Shown here one piece after another: positions 58,528 to 64,000 of a stretch of 64,000 bases of DNA. Under the pieces are notes generated by a model. It did no database searches. It worked only from the letters and a program-made list of their open reading frames with translations, and was not told where the DNA came from. Each line of letters begins with the position of its first letter. The stretch's first letter is position 1. Source of the stretch: Bacteroidota bacterium. GTDB lineage: Bacteria > Bacteroidota > Bacteroidia > 2-12-FULL-35-15. The stretch is from contig JAHEXZ010000022.1 of assembly GCA_023251835.1 (NCBI GenBank), positions 251-64,250 of the forward strand, in the 5' to 3' direction. A program made the translations under genes and the position numbers.

Positions 58528-59214
58528 TTATAAAGTCAGAGTATATTCCAACCCAACAATGTATAGATTTTGCGGGGCTGAAACATTATATTCGTTTTGA
58601 ATAAGGTAATATAGTCCAAATGTATTTCTATCACTTTGCTTATAATCCAAACCTAAGGAATAACGCTGCCGGTGCCATAATCTATCGGATTCAATGTTTC
58701 TGGGATTATTGATCTGATAACGAAGTTCAGCAGCAATATAAGGTGTTATCCGTTTATTTAAATCATATTTAAGCTGAAATTTGCTTCTCGAATACCATTC
58801 AGGAACAGCACCATCATTACTGCTGTTTACATTTCTTACTTCGGACTGGAAACGCTGCCGAAAGGCGATGCTGTAGTTACCAATTTTATGTTTTAATAAA
58901 ATATCCAACATTAAACGATGACGGTAACTGAAGGTATTATCTAACATATATTTCTCAATTGACCGGTAAGAGAGGGCGATTTTTAATGGTTTGATTGGAC
59001 GAACCGCAACACCAATATCGGTATAGAACAGGTTGGTTCGGGTAAAATTTTCTTTCACACGATATTCTTCGGTAAGAAAAACAGTGGTATTATTTTTAAG
59101 TTCTTTTTCAATGGTAAATGTTGTCCATAAGCCTGCGTCATTTGTGGGTTGTGAAAAACAAATTGCGTTTGGTCCTGACACAATAAGAAATAATAAGTTT
59201 ATTTTTTTTAACAT
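58528..59214 (-). CDS. DUF2490 outer-membrane beta-barrel protein
   Basis: Signal peptide; DAGLW, EHRL-like YRHRL, RQRFQ..., R.R motifs; terminal aromatic strand. Confidence 0.8.
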   Translation of the reverse strand: MLKKINLLFLIVSGPNAICFSQPTNDAGLWTTFTIEKELKNNTTVFLTEEYRVKENFTRTNLFYTDIGVAVRPIKPLKIALSYRSIEKYMLDNTFSYRHRLMLDILLKHKIGNYSIAFRQRFQSEVRNVNSSNDGAVPEWYSRSKFQLKYDLNKRITPYIAAELRYQINNPRNIESDRLWHRQRYSLGLDYKQSDRNTFGLYYLIQNEYNVSAPQNLYIVGLEYTLTL

Positions 59215-59219
59215 TATTT

Positions 59220-59846
59220 TTATGTGGTTTCGTAGTAATAAATCTTTATCAAAGCTGTATCTTTTAAAAAATCTACTTTAGTGATTGCGATACGGTTAAT
59301 TTTTATACCTGTTCTTGATTCCAGATCATTGATAAGCTCTGCTTTATTTTCAGGTCTTATCAGTTCTATATTTTCATATTGAATGGTTTTTGAAGATTCT
59401 TTTTTAATGAATATATTGCTTTCAAGTATATAGGTAAAACCGATGATGATTAAATTCAGAAGTAAGAATTCGTCCCAACTTCCTTTACTTACAGCAGTGA
59501 GTAACCCCATAGCGATTACCAAAAAAAGATAAGTCATATCCTTCATTGAAATACCTTCTGTTCGGTATCGCAACATAGAAAATACTGCAAACAATCCAAA
59601 GGCAGCTCCCATACTCATTTCTACCTTATTTAAAATAAAGCTAATCAGGAAAATGATTAAGTTGAAAATAAAAAAGGTAAAGAAAAATTCCCGATTTTTA
59701 TAAATCGGGTAATAAATAAAACGAATAAGTATGAATACAGACAGGATGTCTATACCCAACCGGATAAAAAATTTAGGACCTAATTTTTCAAATAAACTGA
59801 ATGCCTGGCCTGCAGTATCAGTATCAATTGTTTGTAATAGTACCAT
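59220..59846 (-). CDS. DUF4956 domain membrane protein
   Basis: MGAAFGLFAVFSMLRYRTE...KDMTYLF motif; TM helices; C-terminal soluble domain. Confidence 0.92.
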   Translation of the reverse strand: MVLLQTIDTDTAGQAFSLFEKLGPKFFIRLGIDILSVFILIRFIYYPIYKNREFFFTFFIFNLIIFLISFILNKVEMSMGAAFGLFAVFSMLRYRTEGISMKDMTYLFLVIAMGLLTAVSKGSWDEFLLLNLIIIGFTYILESNIFIKKESSKTIQYENIELIRPENKAELINDLESRTGIKINRIAITKVDFLKDTALIKIYYYETT

Positions 59847-60588
59847 ATAATACTTTTTTTAGTAAAATTAAATTGGGTTTGAAATTATTGTGTTTTATTT
59901 TAAATAAACTGATTATTCCATAACAATATTTACTGATAGAACCTTCACGCAGATGATACTTTTTCATCAGTTTGACAAATGGCGAACTTAATGCTTTATC
60001 CTGTTTTACTTCTGCTATTACAAGATTTTCAATGGTTTTACATTGTTCCTTACTTTTAAAAGTTAAGTCAATATCTATGGTTACACGTTCAGGAGAAACT
60101 TTATTTACAAATGTAATTCTTGAATAATTCACCCAGATTTTAGCTTCTAAATTTACAGATTCAAGAGGTGTTTTATCTCTCAATAATACTTCCGCTGCAT
60201 CTTTTATTGAATCTCCTATTTGTTTTTGTTTAACACGATCTTTGATAGTTCTTCCTTTGTTGTTTTTAAATTTAACTTCAAAAAAATGAAGGTTAGATTC
60301 TACATATTTCCTGAATCTGATTTTAAATCTGTTTGGTTTTCTTCTATGGTGGCAATGGTATAGGTCGAAATTTGCAGTATCGAAATAGAGAGACTCATAA
60401 CGGCTAATTCTGTTTCCTTCTATCTCAAGTACTCTGTAATCATTTTTTAATTGATCGAGAAAATATGGCAATTGCTGAAGGGTAAACACATATTTTGTAT
60501 CTGTTCTATCCATTAATTTTACATTATCCATTTCTTTTAATGTAATGGGAGAGAAATCAGCTAATATGGAGTTGAGATTTTTTTCCAA
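59824..60588 (-). CDS. Polyphosphate polymerase (VTC) domain protein, CYTH-like tunnel fold
   Basis: RTDTKY, SLYFDT..FDLY, KIRFRKY, FFEVKFK, R.T..., RVTID..L, AEVK, SKYC. Confidence 0.92.
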   Translation of the reverse strand: MEKNLNSILADFSPITLKEMDNVKLMDRTDTKYVFTLQQLPYFLDQLKNDYRVLEIEGNRISRYESLYFDTANFDLYHCHHRRKPNRFKIRFRKYVESNLHFFEVKFKNNKGRTIKDRVKQKQIGDSIKDAAEVLLRDKTPLESVNLEAKIWVNYSRITFVNKVSPERVTIDIDLTFKSKEQCKTIENLVIAEVKQDKALSSPFVKLMKKYHLREGSISKYCYGIISLFKIKHNNFKPNLILLKKVLYGTITNN

Positions 60589-60590
60589 TT

Positions 60591-61160
60591 TTAATATTCG
60601 TAAGTGTATTTTTTTATTGAAAGTACATTGCTATTAGCATCCATGGTTTTCTTCTCTGTTTTCAGGCCATTTTTGTCATAGGTATAAATGGATTTCTTCA
60701 GAACTTTTCCTTTCTCATCGCTTGTAATTTCATATATTTTTTCATCATTGAGATTATAGCCATAAATTGTTTTTTCAATTAATTTATCCTTACTGTCAAA
60801 AATGCTTTCAGTAGTTTTATCGTTATTAACATTATATTCAGTAATAATTTTCTTTTTTAAATTTCCTTTTTCATCATAAATACTTTCTTCAACAGGGTCA
60901 TCATTTTTATTGAATTTTTTAGTTTCCTTTTTCTTAAAATTACCATCCTTATTGTATTCAATATCTTCAATTACATGACCTGAATTGTCATATTTCTGAT
61001 AGGAGTCGTTTCTTGTTTTCTCTTTGCCGTCAATGGTTTCAGTAACCGTAACAGCAGTTGATTTTATTTTTAATTTTTTAATTGTTTTTTTGCTTTGAGC
61101 AAGGATACAATTGCTGCTATTAATCAATAGAAGAAGGGATATGAGTATTCTTATGTTCAT
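60591..61160 (-). CDS. Exported Lys-rich protein with ~24-aa YD-like beta repeats
   Basis: Signal peptide; repeats YDNSG/YDEKG/YDKNG...E....; 2-bp gap to the VTC gene. Confidence 0.7.
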   Translation of the reverse strand: MNIRILISLLLLINSSNCILAQSKKTIKKLKIKSTAVTVTETIDGKEKTRNDSYQKYDNSGHVIEDIEYNKDGNFKKKETKKFNKNDDPVEESIYDEKGNLKKKIITEYNVNNDKTTESIFDSKDKLIEKTIYGYNLNDEKIYEITSDEKGKVLKKSIYTYDKNGLKTEKKTMDANSNVLSIKKYTYEY

Positions 61161-61186
61161 TAGTATATAATTTGTAGTAGTTTTGA

Positions 61187-61224
61187 CCTCTCCCCTGCCC
61201 CTCTCCTTGAGGAAGGAGAGTGGG
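61187..61224 (+). repeat. Palindromic repeat CCTCTCCCCTGCCCCTCTCCTTGAGGAAGGAGAGTGGG
   Basis: Intergenic copy of the family at 22117, 41159 and 43151; hairpin CTCTCCTT/AAGGAGAG. Confidence 0.7.
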
Positions 61225-61285
61225 TTACTGTTTCTTAAGCAATACGAGAGGGAATGGGTTTAATCTTTTTAAGAAGCGGCATATT

Positions 61286-61684
61286 TTAAGTATTAACAGT
61301 AATTTTACCAACATCAACAGTTTGTTTTTTCTTAGTAATTTCCACGTTTACAATAACAGCTTCTTTACCATTAGGGTTTACCGAAGTGCTGGTTTTTGAA
61401 TAAACGTATATTTTGTAGGAACCGGGACGAAGGTATTTAAATTCAAAAGTTCCATCGGGGCTTGTAGAGATTTTATCACCATAACTTGTTTCATCGCCAT
61501 AGATAATAAAAACATCAACATCTTCTCCAACACCTTCACTGGTAAGAACAGTAAATGAACCATTCCATTTTTGCACCCATACATTTCCTTTAATGGAAGA
61601 ATTACCACCATCACCAGCGGGTTTCTTGCAAGAAGACACAGCAATTGTTAAAGCAATTGCAAGAATTGAGATTAATCTTTTCAT
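61286..61684 (-). CDS. Lipoprotein with a small beta-sandwich (carboxypeptidase-regulatory-like) domain
   Basis: Lipobox VSSC; G.FEFKYLRPG.Y.IYVY. Confidence 0.75.
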   Translation of the reverse strand: MKRLISILAIALTIAVSSCKKPAGDGGNSSIKGNVWVQKWNGSFTVLTSEGVGEDVDVFIIYGDETSYGDKISTSPDGTFEFKYLRPGSYKIYVYSKTSTSVNPNGKEAVIVNVEITKKKQTVDVGKITVNT

Positions 61685-61719
61685 ACGTATAAAATTTATT
61701 TGTTAATTATCGGATAAGA

Positions 61720-61740
61720 TTTTCTTAAAGTTTTCTTAAA
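61720..61740 (-). promoter_or_regulatory. 11-bp-period direct repeat TTTAAGAAAA-C-TTTAAGAAAA
   Basis: Two exact 10-mers 36-56 nt upstream of the lipoprotein start. Confidence 0.45.
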
Positions 61741-61841
61741 CCCGAATTTACATAATTTTAAGATGATATACATAACAATAATAAATAAAGAAAGGGGATA
61801 AAACAAATACAAAATTATTGCATCATTTCGAAAATTTAGAA

Positions 61842-63998
61842 TTAGTCAATAATAATTTTTCCTGTATTAATTAAATTGCCTTCTGAAGTAATTTTATAGA
61901 AGTAAATTCCATTTGCTAAATTATTTCTGGTTACTCGTATTTCCGTTTTATTATTTGAAGTATTAATAGCATGAGAAACATCTATTTTTTGCCCCGCCAA
62001 ATTAAACATCTCAAATGATAAATGCGGATTTTGCTCCTGAATAGGAAATGAAATTAAAGTTGTGTAGCAAAATGGGTTCGGAGAAATTGTAACTACAAGG
62101 TTTTCTTTTTTGTTGATGCCAACACTCAATGGCAAGGTATCATATTTCAGTGTAACAATATCTTTTTGAGAATTTAGTCCAATGCTTCCGCCTGTCACAT
62201 AAACAGAAGATCCAACCACAGCAACCGCATTTGCTCCATCTGTTCCATTTCCTGTTCCATTGTATTTAGAAGTCCAAACTGTATCTCCCAATGGATTATA
62301 TTTTATGGTAACAAAATCTTTGTTCGGAAACGATGAAGTACCATTTTCAGATTGGCCGGTGACATATATATTTCCTGAAGGGTCTAATGCAATTGCTACT
62401 GCCGCATCATTAGTGTTAGACTCTCCATTATAAGATTTAGTCCACTGCTGGGTGCCTGCCGAATTATATTTGATTGTTAAATAATCATAATTTTTGAGCA
62501 GTTGAGAGGTAAGGCTATCACTTTGCCCTGTAACATATACATTGCCAGTACCATCAACTGCAATACCATAAGCCCTGTCATTTTTACTTCCAATTCCATC
62601 AAATGTTTGCACCCAGGTTTGAGTTAAGGATGAATTATATTTTATTGTTGTGTAATCATCAAATAAATTTGAAGCTGTTGTTTGACCTGTTATGTAAACA
62701 TTTGCACTTGCATCTATTGCAATTGCATTGGGAACATCATCACCATTCCCTCCACTATAAGTAACAATATTTTGTTGAACGCCAGATGAGCTATATTTTA
62801 CAGTGACAATATCATAATTACTACCATTAAAGCTTTTTCCGGTAACAAAAACATTGCCATTTGCATCAACTACAATTCCGTAAGCACGGTCAGTTGCGTT
62901 TATACCACCATTATAAGAACTAGCCCAAAGTTGAGTTCCGGAAGAACTATATTTCACAGTTACATAATTATCATTTGATGCAAGAGATGGATCACTGTCA
63001 CTATAACCTGTTACATAAATATTCCCTGAAGCATCTACAAAAAGAGAATTTGCTTTATCTGTACCATTTCCTAATCCATTATAATTTTTAGTCCAAATCG
63101 TGTCTCCTAAAGAGTTATATTTTATTGTTATAAAATCATATCCGGTTAATGAATTTTTCGCATATCCTGCAACGTAAATATTTCCTGAAGCATCAAGACC
63201 AATTGCTGCAGCTTGGTCAGTTTTACCTGCGCTTCCATCATATTTTCTGACCCAGGCTGTATCTCCAACAGAATTTATTTTCATAACGCAAATATCCTGG
63301 TCAGTTCCATTTCCAAAACTATATCCTGCAACATATACGTTTCCTTGAGCGTCCGCAACGATTGCATTTGGGTTGTCTGAGTTATCGCCCTCTCCATTAT
63401 AATTTTTAATCCATTGTTGGACTCCAGTTGTATTATACTTTATTGTTGTACCATCTTTTTGAGAACTGTTTTCTTCACTCCCACCCGTAACAACACAATT
63501 GCCTGCTGCATCAACAGCGATTGCATTTGCCCCATCGCTAATATTGGAAGAGCCATTATATGTTTTTACCCACTGTTCAATTCCTGATGAATTATATTTA
63601 ATAGTTGCATAGTCATTATTTGTTAGGATACTGGCGTCAACATCCGTTTTTCCGGTAACATAAACATTCCCGTTGGCATCAATTGCAATATCACTCGGAA
63701 TGTCATTATTATTCCCCGCACCATTGTAATTTTTTGTCCAAACCGGAGTCCCTGCATTATCATATTTCACAGTAAGAAAATCATAATTTGTAGTTCCTGT
63801 TTGGTCAACATCGCTCTGTCCGGTAACATAAACATTTCCATTTGAATCATATGTCAGTGCCTGAGGTCTGTCATTGCCTGCTCCAGCCCCATCATAAATC
63901 GCGGTCCACAACGTTGCTCCACTTGAATCATATACTATGGTATAATAATCATCATTTGTACTTTTGCTTCGTCCAGTTACAAAAGTATTTCCAGCAGG
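61842..63998 (-). CDS. SBBP beta-propeller repeat protein with T9SS type-A CTD; 5' end beyond window
   Basis: Many W...YNG.GN..D.A.AIA.D..GN.YVTG repeats; CTD ISPNPF...GIYFYKI...GKIIID; the frame stays open to the window edge. Confidence 0.9.
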   Translation of the reverse strand, partial: PAGNTFVTGRSKSTNDDYYTIVYDSSGATLWTAIYDGAGAGNDRPQALTYDSNGNVYVTGQSDVDQTGTTNYDFLTVKYDNAGTPVWTKNYNGAGNNNDIPSDIAIDANGNVYVTGKTDVDASILTNNDYATIKYNSSGIEQWVKTYNGSSNISDGANAIAVDAAGNCVVTGGSEENSSQKDGTTIKYNTTGVQQWIKNYNGEGDNSDNPNAIVADAQGNVYVAGYSFGNGTDQDICVMKINSVGDTAWVRKYDGSAGKTDQAAAIGLDASGNIYVAGYAKNSLTGYDFITIKYNSLGDTIWTKNYNGLGNGTDKANSLFVDASGNIYVTGYSDSDPSLASNDNYVTVKYSSSGTQLWASSYNGGINATDRAYGIVVDANGNVFVTGKSFNGSNYDIVTVKYSSSGVQQNIVTYSGGNGDDVPNAIAIDASANVYITGQTTASNLFDDYTTIKYNSSLTQTWVQTFDGIGSKNDRAYGIAVDGTGNVYVTGQSDSLTSQLLKNYDYLTIKYNSAGTQQWTKSYNGESNTNDAAVAIALDPSGNIYVTGQSENGTSSFPNKDFVTIKYNPLGDTVWTSKYNGTGNGTDGANAVAVVGSSVYVTGGSIGLNSQKDIVTLKYDTLPLSVGINKKENLVVTISPNPFCYTTLISFPIQEQNPHLSFEMFNLAGQKIDVSHAINTSNNKTEIRVTRNNLANGIYFYKITSEGNLINTGKIIID

Positions 63999-64000
63999 AT

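Overview
Chromosomal segment of a gliding, T9SS-encoding Bacteroidota bacterium. AT-rich, with TAnnTTTG-type promoter elements and AT-rich translation starts. Core content: serS, rplU-rpmA, pyrG, ispF, queD, DAHP synthase-chorismate mutase, a tryptophan 2,3-dioxygenase, and the gldJ/PorP-family/porU/porV type IX secretion locus. Five T9SS cargo proteins are present, two giant type-B and three type-A. Accessory modules: (i) an ECF sigma operon with a probable autoregulated promoter; (ii) a probable hypoxia island with a FixL-like PAS kinase, a REC-Crp/Fnr regulator, three universal stress proteins, DoxX, two unknown proteins and TGA-N6-TCA boxes; (iii) a three-gene insert after ispF (exported trypsin-like protease, DUF4062 TIR/NDT-like protein, Schlafen/AlbA_2-ATPase-like-wHTH protein), the best candidate for an undescribed defence system; (iv) a tightly coupled YD-repeat/VTC/DUF4956/DUF2490 operon that could be a trans-envelope polyphosphate machine. 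Several small palindromic repeat families occur, one apparently inserted into protein-coding sequence. No tRNA, rRNA, CRISPR array, integrase or transposase was seen. All family assignments come from reading motifs by eye; no database searches were run.
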